47,235 bases of DNA from an uncultured Geminicoccaceae bacterium. GTDB lineage: Bacteria > Pseudomonadota > Alphaproteobacteria > Geminicoccales > Geminicoccaceae. Below, one piece after another: positions 20,225-28,688 of the stretch. Positions within the stretch are counted from its first letter, which is position 1. Each line of letters starts with the position of its first letter. Location: assembly GCA_964502115.1 (NCBI GenBank), contig CAZCVH010000001.1:1-47235 (forward strand), read 5' to 3'. The position numbers and the translations under genes were made by a program. The notes under the pieces were generated by a model. It searched no databases. It was not told the DNA's origin and was given only the letters and a program-made list of their open reading frames with translations.

Positions 20225-21238
20225 TCAGGTCGTACGGTCGTCGACGGCGGCTTCGGCGAAGGTCGCCATGCCGACGTGGCAGGCGAGCGCGGCGCGCACG
20301 AGCGGGATCGCCGCCGCCGCGCCGGAGGCCTCCCCCAGCCGCATGTCGAGCGCCAAAAGCGGCTTCAGACCCAGCGCCTCGGCGAGGCGGCGGTGGCCGT
20401 GCTCGGCCGACAGATGCGCCAGGCGGCAGTGGTCGAGCGCGTCGGCGCGATGGCGAACCAGCGCGAGCGCCGCGGCACTGGCGACGAACCCGTCGATCAG
20501 CACCGGCACCCCGCGGCGACGGGCCGCGACGATCGCCGCCGCCATCGCCACCAGCTCGCGCCCGCCGAGTCGGCGCAGCGCCTCCAAGGCATCGTCGGCG
20601 TCGCCATGGCGGGCGAGCGCCGCGTCCACCGCGGCGGCCTTGCGGGCGAGACCGTCGTCGTCCACGCCGGTGCCGCGGCCGACCCAGTCGCGCCCGCTGC
20701 CGCCGGTGAGCTTGGCGGCGAGCGCGGCGGCGACGGTGGTGTTGGCGATGCCCATCTCGCCGACGGCGAGGAGGTCCAGCCCGGCGGGCACCGCCGCGAC
20801 GCCGGCGGCGGCGGCGCGCGCGACACCCTCGGCGTCGAGCGCGTCCCGGCGGGTGATGTCGCCCGTCGGTTCGTCGAGCTCGAGGGCGTCGACGTGGAGC
20901 TCGGCGCCGACGATCTCGGCAAGCCGGCACACCGCCGCCCCGCCGGCCTCGAAATTGGCGACCATCTGGGCGGTGACGCTGGTGGGATAGGCCGAGACCC
21001 CGCGCCCGGCGACACCGTGATTGCCGGCGAAGACGGCGATGCGCACCCGCTCGAGGCGGGGCGTCGATCGCCCCTGCCAGCGGGCGAGCCAGGCGGTCAG
21101 CTCCTCGAGCCGGCCGAGGGAGCCGCGCGGCTTGGTGAGCTCGGCCTCGCGGGCGGCGACCGCCGCCGCGGCGGCGGCGTCGCCCGCGGGCAGCTCGGCC
21201 ATCATCGCTTCCATGTCGACGGCGTCGTGGACGGGCAC
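20225..21238 (-). CDS. cobT: Nicotinate-nucleotide--dimethylbenzimidazole phosphoribosyltransferase
   Basis: ...LTKPRGSLGRLEELTAWLARWQG..., FAGNHGV, GEMGIANTT motifs; 337 aa. Confidence 0.9.
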   Translation of the reverse strand: MPVHDAVDMEAMMAELPAGDAAAAAAVAAREAELTKPRGSLGRLEELTAWLARWQGRSTPRLERVRIAVFAGNHGVAGRGVSAYPTSVTAQMVANFEAGGAAVCRLAEIVGAELHVDALELDEPTGDITRRDALDAEGVARAAAAGVAAVPAGLDLLAVGEMGIANTTVAAALAAKLTGGSGRDWVGRGTGVDDDGLARKAAAVDAALARHGDADDALEALRRLGGRELVAMAAAIVAARRRGVPVLIDGFVASAAALALVRHRADALDHCRLAHLSAEHGHRRLAEALGLKPLLALDMRLGEASGAAAAIPLVRAALACHVGMATFAEAAVDDRTT

Positions 21239-21278
21239 GGGTGAACCCCCTATCGCATCGCTGCGGCTAGCAGCGGCG

Positions 21279-22025
21279 ATGCGGGGTGGCGACGTGCCGG
21301 AAAGTTGGAAGCTCGCGGTGGTGTTCTTGACGCGGCTGCCGGTGGCGCTCGCGAGCCCCCCGCCCCTGGCCGCGGCGATGCCGTGGTTTCCCGTCGTCGG
21401 CGGGCTGCTCGGTCTGCTCGGGGGCGGGGTCTACGCCGGGCTCACGCTCTTGGGCATGCCGTCGCTGCCGGCCTCGCTGGTGGTGCTGGCGGTGCTGGTG
21501 ATCGCAACCGGTGCGTTGCACGAGGACGGCCTCGCCGACTGCGCCGACGGGCTCGGCCCGCACGACCGCGCCCGCCGCCTGGAGGTCATGCGCGACAGCC
21601 GCATCGGCAGCTTCGGCGTCATGGCGCTGATCCTGGTGACGCTGGCGCGCCTCGCCGGCCTCGCCGCCTTGTGGGCGCCGTGGATGCAGGTGACGACGCT
21701 GATCGTGGTCGGCGCCGCCTCGCGCACCGCGATGGTGGCGCTGTTGGCGGCGCTGCCGCCGGCGCGCGGCGACGGTCTGGGCGCCGGCGCCGGCACCCCC
21801 GACGGCCGGCGCGTCGCCGTCGCGCTCGCCGTGCCCTTCGCGCTCGCGCTCGTCCTGTTGGACCCGGCGCAGGCGCTGGTGCTGTTGGCCACGGGCGCCG
21901 TCGTCTGCGCCCTCTGGGCACTGGTGGCGCGGCGCTGTTTCGGCGGGCACACCGGCGACGTTCTGGGCGCCGGCCAGCAGCTGGTCGAGGCCGGCATGCT
22001 GCTGGCCGTGACCGTGCTGCGCTGA
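21279..22025 (+). CDS. cobS: Adenosylcobinamide-GDP ribazoletransferase (cobalamin synthase)
   Basis: ...AVVFLTRLPV...WFPVVGGLLG...HEDGLADCADG...FGGHTGDVLGA; multi-TM, about 248 aa. The ATG at 21279 is in frame with track ORF 21021..22025. It is divergent from cobT. Confidence 0.85.
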   Translation: MRGGDVPESWKLAVVFLTRLPVALASPPPLAAAMPWFPVVGGLLGLLGGGVYAGLTLLGMPSLPASLVVLAVLVIATGALHEDGLADCADGLGPHDRARRLEVMRDSRIGSFGVMALILVTLARLAGLAALWAPWMQVTTLIVVGAASRTAMVALLAALPPARGDGLGAGAGTPDGRRVAVALAVPFALALVLLDPAQALVLLATGAVVCALWALVARRCFGGHTGDVLGAGQQLVEAGMLLAVTVLR

Positions 22026-22097
22026 GACCCGACGTTGGTCGCCAGCCACCGGTCGCCGCGTTGACCGTCCGCCGGCCGCCGACTACGGCTCGACGCC

Positions 22098-22955
22098 ATG
22101 ACCAGCCGAGCCCCCTCCCCGCGCGGCGGCCGAGGCCGCGTCTATCTCGTCGGCGCCGGCCCCGGCGATCCGGACCTGCTCACCGTCAAAGCGGTGCGCC
22201 TGTTGGAGACCGCCGACGTCGTGATCCACGACCGGCTGGTGGGCCCGGGTGTCCTCGCCCACATCCCCACCCACGTCGAGCGCGTCTTCGCCGGCAAGCG
22301 CCGCGCCCATCACCACGTCCGTCAGCCCAGCCTCAACGAGCTCCTGGTCGAGCGCGCCAGTGCGGGCGCCACGGTGGTGCGGCTCAAGGGCGGCGATCCG
22401 TTCGTCTTCGGCCGCGGCGGTGAGGAACTCGAAGCGCTGCTCGCGGCCGGCATCCCCTTCGAGATCGTGCCGGGCGTCACCGCGGCCTTGGGCTGCGCCG
22501 CCTACGCCGGCATTCCGCTGACCCACCGCGACCACGCCCACTCGGTCGTCTTCGCCACCGGCCAGGGCCACGACGGCCCCGCCGCCCACGACTGGGCGGC
22601 GCTCGCCCGCTCGCAGGCGACCTTGTGCCTCTACATGGGCCGCGAAGGGCTCGAGACGGCGGCGACCGCCCTCACCGAGGCCGGGCTGTCGCCGCTGACG
22701 CCGGCGGCGGCGATCGAGAACGGCACCCTGCCCCAGATGCGGGTGGTGCGGGCACCGCTGGCGCGGCTGCACGAGGAGGCCAAGCTGCTGGAGGCGCGCA
22801 ACCCGGTGCTGGTGGTCGTCGGCGAGGTGGCGCGGCTGGCCGAGCGCTTCGCCTGGTTCCGTTCGGCCGGCGCCAGCACCGCCGATCCCTTCGCCGACGT
22901 CCCCGACGCGGCGGCGGAGGACGCGGCGCCGCCGCTCAGTACGCGAACCGGCTGA
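22098..22955 (+). CDS. cobA: Uroporphyrinogen-III C-methyltransferase (SUMT)
   Basis: [18 protein letters not shown]...[18 protein letters not shown]...IVPGVTAA... Confidence 0.9.
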   Translation: MTSRAPSPRGGRGRVYLVGAGPGDPDLLTVKAVRLLETADVVIHDRLVGPGVLAHIPTHVERVFAGKRRAHHHVRQPSLNELLVERASAGATVVRLKGGDPFVFGRGGEELEALLAAGIPFEIVPGVTAALGCAAYAGIPLTHRDHAHSVVFATGQGHDGPAAHDWAALARSQATLCLYMGREGLETAATALTEAGLSPLTPAAAIENGTLPQMRVVRAPLARLHEEAKLLEARNPVLVVVGEVARLAERFAWFRSAGASTADPFADVPDAAAEDAAPPLSTRTG

Positions 22956-24312
22956 AGATCGGGTCGACGCTGCCGTTCCATTCGTCGCGCACGAGCCGCA
23001 GCTTCTGCTCCGCCGGCGTCTCGCCGCGGTCGACGATGTCGTGCAGCGGCGCCAGGTGCTGACGCTCGTCACGGCCGTCGACGTCGGCGTTCGCGCGGGC
23101 CCCGAGCCCGGCCTCGGCGAGGGCCAGCACCTCGACCGCGACATCGCCGACGGTGCGGTCGCGGAAGGGGGCCTTGAGCCCGAGCCGGGGGACGTCGGCG
23201 CGCATGCGGGCGATCTCCTCGACGCTCCAGTCGCGACAGAGGTCCCAGGTCGCGTCCAGCGTCGCGGCGTCGTAGAGCAGCCCGACCCAGAGCGCGGGCA
23301 GCGCGCAGATCATGTTCCAGGGCCCGCCGTCGGCACCGCGCATCTCCAAAAAGCGCTTGAGCCGGACCTCGGGGAACGCCGTGGTCAGATGATCCGCCCA
23401 GTCCTCCACGGTCGGCAACTCCCCGGGCAGTTCCGGCAGCCGCCCGCCCATGAAGTCGCGAAAGGAGCGCCCGCTCACGTCGATCATGCGGTCGCCCCGC
23501 TGCACGAAGTACATCGGAACGTCCAGCATGTAGTCGACGTAGCGCTCGTAGCCGAAACCGTCCTCGAACACGAAGGGTAGCATCCCGGCCCGGTCCGGGT
23601 CGGCATCGGTCCAGCAGTGGCTGCGGTAGCTCAAAAAGCCGTTGGGAACACCGTCGCTGAACGGCGAGTTGGCGAAGACCGCGGTAGCCAGAGGTTGCAG
23701 CGCGATGCCGACACGGAACTTCTTCACCATGTCGGCTTCGGCGGCGAAATCGAGATTCACCTGAATGGTGGCGCTGCGGTACATCATGTCGACGCCGAGC
23801 TTACCGCGCGTCGGCATGTAGCGGGTCATGATGTCGTAGCGCGGCTTCGGCATCCTGGGGATGTCGGCGAGCCGCCATTTGGGATTGAAGCCGATCCCGA
23901 GCATGCCGAGACCGGCGGGCTCGGTGATGGCCTTGACCTCGGCGAGGTGGCGGTTGGCCTCGCGACAGGTGTCGTGGAGGGTCGCGAGCGGCGCGCCGGA
24001 GAGCTCGAACTGTCCGCCCGGCTCGAGCGTGATGCTGGCGCGCTCGCGCTCCAGCGCCACCGGCTGGCCGCCCTCGCGCTTGATGTGCCAGTCGAAGCGA
24101 TCGGCGAAGCGCTCCAACAGCCAGTGGATCCCGCGCGCACCTTCGTAGGCGAGGGGCCGGAGATCGTCGCGGCGGTAGACGAACTTCTCGTGCTCGGTGC
24201 CGATGCGGAACGCTCCCGGCGCCTTCTCCCCCGCCGCCAGATAGGCGACGAGGTCGGCCTTGCTCTCGATCGCTCGCTCGGCTCCGCCGCTCGCGGTCAG
24301 CTCAGCGGCCAT
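22936..24312 (-). CDS. gshA: Glutamate--cysteine ligase, plant/alphaproteobacterial type (GSH1-like)
   Basis: 458 aa: ...FRIGTEHEKF...ITLEPGGQFELSGAP...MPKPRYDIM..YMP..G..GLDMM-type motifs, characteristic of group-3 gamma-glutamylcysteine synthetases. Confidence 0.9.
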   Translation of the reverse strand: MAAELTASGGAERAIESKADLVAYLAAGEKAPGAFRIGTEHEKFVYRRDDLRPLAYEGARGIHWLLERFADRFDWHIKREGGQPVALERERASITLEPGGQFELSGAPLATLHDTCREANRHLAEVKAITEPAGLGMLGIGFNPKWRLADIPRMPKPRYDIMTRYMPTRGKLGVDMMYRSATIQVNLDFAAEADMVKKFRVGIALQPLATAVFANSPFSDGVPNGFLSYRSHCWTDADPDRAGMLPFVFEDGFGYERYVDYMLDVPMYFVQRGDRMIDVSGRSFRDFMGGRLPELPGELPTVEDWADHLTTAFPEVRLKRFLEMRGADGGPWNMICALPALWVGLLYDAATLDATWDLCRDWSVEEIARMRADVPRLGLKAPFRDRTVGDVAVEVLALAEAGLGARANADVDGRDERQHLAPLHDIVDRGETPAEQKLRLVRDEWNGSVDPIFSRFAY

Positions 24313-24402
24313 GGGCTTGGTCTCCGGGCTCGCGACGGCGCCACGCCGTCGCCGAAAGCGGGTCCATAGTCGAACGTCGCGCAGGCGCCAAGCGGAGCGA
24401 CG

Positions 24403-25035
24403 TCATGCCAGGCGCGGCCGGAGCGCGGCGGCGAGCGCGCGGATCTCCCGCGCCGCGGCGCCGCGCGGGGCGGTCTCCACCACCCCGGCGCCGACGTGCA
24501 GGCTGCGGGCGAAGTCGCTGCGGTTGCCGAGCCCCTCGGCCAGCGTCGCCAGACCGGCCTCCGCCGCCGCGGCGCGGGCCTCGTCGACGACGTGGCCGCG
24601 CGGCGGCAGGCGGTTCCACAGGATCGCCGCGGCGCGGCTCTCGCGGCGGACCAGCTCCAGCGTCGCCCGGCTGGCCCAGACGTCCAAGAGGCTCGGCTGG
24701 CACGGCACCAGCACGAAGCGGGCGGCGCGCACCGCCACCCGCGCCTCGGTCTCGGCGTGCGGCGGGCTGTCGACGAGCACCACCTCGTAGCCGCGGGCGA
24801 GCTCGCCGAGCGTCAGGTCGAGCTTCCAGCCCGGGCTCTTGACCACCCGGATCGGGGTGTAGGCGGCGGCGTGGTCGCGCAGCTCCGACCAGGCGCCGAG
24901 ACTGGCCTGCGGGTCGATGTCGACCGCGGCGACGCGCCGCCCCTGGGCGGCGAGCGCCACCGCGAGCTGCGCCACCAGCGTGGTCTTGCCGGCGCCGCCC
25001 TTCTGCTGGGCCACGGTGAGGATCGTCCCGCTCAA
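24403..25035 (-). CDS. ParA/MinD-family P-loop ATPase, small (ParF-size) orphan
   Basis: ILTVAQQKGGAGKTTLVAQLA (deviant Walker A KGGxGKT), VDIDPQ, VLVDSPP; 210 aa. The TTG start overlaps the stop of the upstream dehydrogenase (TTGA, 25032-25035). No ParB/ParG-like partner ORF lies downstream. Confidence 0.8.
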   Translation of the reverse strand: MSGTILTVAQQKGGAGKTTLVAQLAVALAAQGRRVAAVDIDPQASLGAWSELRDHAAAYTPIRVVKSPGWKLDLTLGELARGYEVVLVDSPPHAETEARVAVRAARFVLVPCQPSLLDVWASRATLELVRRESRAAAILWNRLPPRGHVVDEARAAAAEAGLATLAEGLGNRSDFARSLHVGAGVVETAPRGAAAREIRALAAALRPRLA

Positions 25036-25964
25036 TAGCCGCGCCCGCGCTCGACGACGTGGCGCAGCGGTCGACCCGCGCGAGCACGACGGATGTTGTC
25101 GGCGACGACCGGTGCGCCGGTGGCGGGCCGCGTGCTACCGGCGACATGGGGGGTGACCACGACCCGCGGATGCCGCCAGAAGGCGTGGCGGGGTGGCAGC
25201 GGCTCGCTCCGAAAGACGTCGAGGACGGCACCACCGAGCCGGCCGTCCTCCAGGGCTTCGAGCATGTCCGCCTCCACCAGCTGATCGCCGCGACCGAGGT
25301 TCACGAAGGTCGCGCCCGGTTTCATGGCCGCGAAGAACGCGGCGTCGAAGAGATCGCGTGTCGTCGACGTCGTCGGCAACAGCGCGACGACCACCTCCGC
25401 CTCGGCGACGGCCACCGCCAGCCCGCCACCGCCGTGGTGCGTCGTCGCGCCGTCGATCGTTCTCGGCCCGCGGCTCCAGCCGTGCACGCGGTAGCCTTGG
25501 AGGGCGAGCCGGCGTGCGACGGCGCCGCCGAGCTCGCCGAGCCCCAGCACGGCGACCGTGACCTCGCCGGGCAGCCGGGGCGCCGCCGCCTCCCAGCGGG
25601 CGGCGGCCTGCGCCGCGGCGAAGCGATCGAACCCGCGATGCACGCGCAGCACGGCCCAGTGGGCGTAGTCGGCGATGGTGGCGGTGAGCGCGGGATCGAC
25701 CATCCGGCACACCGGCACCGCCGGCAGAGTCGGGTCGTCGAGCAGCGTCTCGACGCCGGCGGCGAGGGAAAAGACGGCCTCCAAGCGCGGCAAGGCCGCG
25801 AGTGCGCCTGGCGGCGGACGGTGGACCAAGGCCCAGCGGATGGCGGCGGGATCCGTCGCGAGCGCGCCGCCGTCGATCGCCAGATCGGGCAAGGCGCGGC
25901 GGAGCGCCGCCGTCCACGCGACCGCGTCGTCTACCTCGGAGTAGAACCACAGCACCATTGGCAC
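25032..25964 (-). CDS. ghrA: Glyoxylate/hydroxypyruvate reductase A-like D-2-hydroxyacid dehydrogenase
   Basis: Collinear by eye with E. coli GhrA from N-terminus (..FYSEVDDAVAWTAALRRALP) to C-terminus (...VERGRGY). NAD-binding LGLGELGGAVARRL; LDVF..EPLP...W.HP.V..TPH. Confidence 0.8.
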   Translation of the reverse strand: MPMVLWFYSEVDDAVAWTAALRRALPDLAIDGGALATDPAAIRWALVHRPPPGALAALPRLEAVFSLAAGVETLLDDPTLPAVPVCRMVDPALTATIADYAHWAVLRVHRGFDRFAAAQAAARWEAAAPRLPGEVTVAVLGLGELGGAVARRLALQGYRVHGWSRGPRTIDGATTHHGGGGLAVAVAEAEVVVALLPTTSTTRDLFDAAFFAAMKPGATFVNLGRGDQLVEADMLEALEDGRLGGAVLDVFRSEPLPPRHAFWRHPRVVVTPHVAGSTRPATGAPVVADNIRRARAGRPLRHVVERGRGY

Positions 25965-26157
25965 CCGCTCGCCACGAGCCGTCCCTGTAGCGCGCCGGTG
26001 GCGAACGGTCGAGGCGGGTCACGGCCAACGCTGGCGCGGCGCCGTCGGCACCGGGGCGCCCGGTGCTCACCGACGCGGGCCGAGGGCGGTTCGCGCCGAC
26101 GGCGAGGCCAGGGGAGGTTTGGCTCCGCGCCTCCGCGAGGCGGTCGTGATCGCCGGC

Positions 26158-26406
26158 TCAGACCGGATCGAGGACCTTGGGACGCGGCGCCGGATCGCGG
26201 TCGAGCTGCGGGATCAGCGACGGCGGCAACGGCGGCAGGTCGTCGTCACCCGCGGGCGCCGGGGCGGGGGCTTCGTGGTCGAGCCCGCCGTCCGGCCTGC
26301 TCGTCGAGGACGGCTTCAGCAAGGCGAGCTCGCGCAACGCCAACAGGAGTGGCGCGCCGAAGGACAGCGCGAAGCTCAACGTGATGAAGAGATCGGTGCT
26401 GATCAT
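26158..26406 (-). CDS. Hypothetical small membrane protein (one N-terminal TM helix, Pro/Asp-rich tail)
   Basis: 82 codons starting from the ATG at 26406: MISTDLFITLSFALSFGAPLLLALRELALL, then ...APAPAPAGDDDLPPLPPSLIP.... I recognise no family. The coding call rests only on the hydrophobic helix and the open frame. Confidence 0.4.
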   Translation of the reverse strand: MISTDLFITLSFALSFGAPLLLALRELALLKPSSTSRPDGGLDHEAPAPAPAGDDDLPPLPPSLIPQLDRDPAPRPKVLDPV

Positions 26407-26580
26407 GGCGGGGATCGACCCTTCGCTGTGACGGGGGTAGTGAGCCAGTTCGTCGCGCCGACGTGAAGACGCGACACGGTCGCACGGCGAATGTCCAAGC
26501 CCCGTTGCGCCGACGCCGCCTTCGGCCGACATTCACGTTATCGAGCGTATCGGCGCACGGTCCGCTTTTCGAGGTGACGG

Positions 26581-27171
26581 ATGCTCTCCAGACGCTCGCT
26601 CATCGCCACGTTGGTGCTGACAGCCGCCGCTCGCGGCGCCATCGCGGCGCTGCCGCCGGACATCGTCGCGCGGGTGGAGGACTATCTGAACGGCATCCGC
26701 ACGCTACGCGCCGATTTCACCCAGATCGCCCCCGACGGCAAGACGAGCACCGGCAAGGTCTACATCAAGCGGCCCGGCCGGCTGCGCTTCGAATACGATC
26801 CGCCCGAGCAGCTCTTGATGGTGGCACGGGATTGGCGCCTGGTCGTCCACGACGGGCGCGCCGATCAGACCAGCACCGTGCCGGTGGACAAGACCCCGCT
26901 CGGCGTCCTCTTGAACGAGGAGATCCGCCTCGGCGGGCCGGTCACCATCCGCTCGCTCGCCGAGATCAGCGGCGAGTTGCACCTGACCGTGTTCCGGAGC
27001 GCCGAGCCGGGTCGGGGCGAGCTGACCCTGATGTTCGGTCTGGAGCCGCTGGACCTGCGCCGTTGGGAGGTGCTCGACGCCCAGGGCAAGCGCACACGCG
27101 TGCTGTTGGAGAACGTCGAAACCAACCTGCCGCTCGAAAACCGGCTGTTCTCCACCGCCGGATTGGGCTGA
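26581..27171 (+). CDS. lolA: Outer-membrane lipoprotein carrier protein LolA family
   Basis: Signal peptide MLSRRSLIATLVLTAAARGA, then ...YLNGIRTLRADFTQ....GKVYIKRPGRLRFEY..P, typical of LolA. Confidence 0.8.
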   Translation: MLSRRSLIATLVLTAAARGAIAALPPDIVARVEDYLNGIRTLRADFTQIAPDGKTSTGKVYIKRPGRLRFEYDPPEQLLMVARDWRLVVHDGRADQTSTVPVDKTPLGVLLNEEIRLGGPVTIRSLAEISGELHLTVFRSAEPGRGELTLMFGLEPLDLRRWEVLDAQGKRTRVLLENVETNLPLENRLFSTAGLG

Positions 27172-27174
27172 GCG

Positions 27175-27999
27175 ATGACCGCCGGCGACGTCCGCAAGGT
27201 CGCGCTCGTCCAGCTCAACGGCCAGCCCGAGAAGGCGCACAACCTGGAGGCCGTCGAGCGGCTGGTGGACGAGGTCTGCGCGGCCGAGGGCCCCGAGCTG
27301 GTCGCCCTGCCGGAGATGGTGACGTCCATCGGCGCCCCCCGTGAAGCTCGGCTCGCTGCCGCCGAGACCTTCCCCGACGGCGAGATGTACGGCCTGCTGC
27401 GGCACCTGGCAGGGCGCCACGGCGTGAGCCTCCACGGCGGCTCGCTGCTGGAGGCCGGCCCCGACGGCAAGTGCTTCAACACCACCGTCGTCTTCGGCCC
27501 CGACGGCACCGAACGCGCGCGCTACCGCAAGATCCACCTGTTCGACATCACCACGCCGTCGGGCAAGGTGTTCCGCGAGAGCGACAACTTCGCCGCCGGC
27601 CGCGAGGTCGTGACCACGCCTGCCCTCGGCACGACGCTCGGGCTCTCGATCTGCTACGATCTCCGCTTTCCCGAGCTTTACCAGGCGCTCGCCCACCGCG
27701 GCGCCCGGATCCTCGCGGTGCCCTCGGCGTTCACCGTGGAGACCGGCCGCGACCACTGGGAGCCGCTGTTGCGGGCACGCGCGATCGAGACGGCGTCGTG
27801 GGTGCTCGCGGCGACGCAGTGGGGCCCGCACGGCGACAGCGGGCGCGCCTCCTACGGCCATGCCGTCGTCGTCGACCCGTGGGGCCATATCACCGCGCGC
27901 CGACCCGAGGGCGAGGGTTGGCTCGTCGCCCACATCGATCTCGCGCGCGTCGCGCGCGTCCGTGCCCAGATCCCGGTCCATGATCACAAAGTTCTTTAG
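27175..27999 (+). CDS. Carbon-nitrogen hydrolase family protein (Nit/omega-amidase-like)
   Basis: Catalytic E-K-C context: VALPEM, RYRKIHLFD, LGLSICYDLRFPELY; 274 aa. Confidence 0.85.
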   Translation: MTAGDVRKVALVQLNGQPEKAHNLEAVERLVDEVCAAEGPELVALPEMVTSIGAPREARLAAAETFPDGEMYGLLRHLAGRHGVSLHGGSLLEAGPDGKCFNTTVVFGPDGTERARYRKIHLFDITTPSGKVFRESDNFAAGREVVTTPALGTTLGLSICYDLRFPELYQALAHRGARILAVPSAFTVETGRDHWEPLLRARAIETASWVLAATQWGPHGDSGRASYGHAVVVDPWGHITARRPEGEGWLVAHIDLARVARVRAQIPVHDHKVL

Positions 28000-28546
28000 C
28001 ACCGCCCGCGGCGTGGCGGTCGCCGCCCTCGCCCTGCTCGTCGGTTGCGCGAGCGGGCCCGAGATCACCCGCGGGCTCGGCACCTCCACCCGCGAGGCCC
28101 GGCTCGCGCTCGAGCTGGCCCATGAGCGCGGCCCGGTGCGCGGCCGCGTCGTCGGGCCGGCGACGATGACCGCCGGCCGCGACGTCGAGGCGCGGGTGCT
28201 CGAGGTGATGGGCGACGCGGTGCGGGCGCTGTCGGTACGGTTCGCATCCGACGCCCCGGCGCCGACGCCGGTACTGGTGGTGAGCCACGGCCTCGCCGCC
28301 GGGGTCGATCCTTGCCGCGAGAACCCGCCGCTCGCCGGCGATCCGCTGCGGATCAGCGCCGCCTTCTGCGACGAGACGGGCGCGATCGGCGCGGTGTCGG
28401 CGACCCTGCAGAGCCCCTCCGACGACGCCCGGACCAGCCTTTATCGCCGCCTGGCGCGGGAGCTCTTCCCCGATCTCTACGCCGAGCGCTACGGCCTCGG
28501 ACGCCCGGCCTTCAACGTCTATCTCGGCGCGACCTTCGGACTGTGA
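27980..28546 (+). CDS. Hypothetical lipoprotein
   Basis: MITKFFSTARGVAVAALALLVGC has a lipobox (LVGC). The ATG at 27980 is in frame with track ORF 27860..28546 and overlaps the 3' end of the C-N hydrolase by 20 nt. I recognise no family. Confidence 0.55.
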   Translation: MITKFFSTARGVAVAALALLVGCASGPEITRGLGTSTREARLALELAHERGPVRGRVVGPATMTAGRDVEARVLEVMGDAVRALSVRFASDAPAPTPVLVVSHGLAAGVDPCRENPPLAGDPLRISAAFCDETGAIGAVSATLQSPSDDARTSLYRRLARELFPDLYAERYGLGRPAFNVYLGATFGL

Positions 28547-28688
28547 GAGCCGCCGGGCACCGCCGGCGCGGCGGCGACAGGTCGCCCGCTTCATCGAACG
28601 TGGCGGTTCTGTCCGACGTGCCGCCGAGTTACCCACGCCGCGTCGCCGCGCCGACGCCGGAGCGCCCTTCGCCGCGCGAGTGCCTGTC

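Noticed and set aside
21239-22097. A cobalamin riboswitch, expected near the cob genes (cobT/cobS divergent region, upstream of cobA, upstream of the PduO-type gene).
   Set aside because: The relevant intergenic regions are only 40 nt (21239-21278), 72 nt (22026-22097) and 4 nt (29445-29448). That is too short for an approximately 200-nt B12 element, and I saw no B12-box-like sequence.
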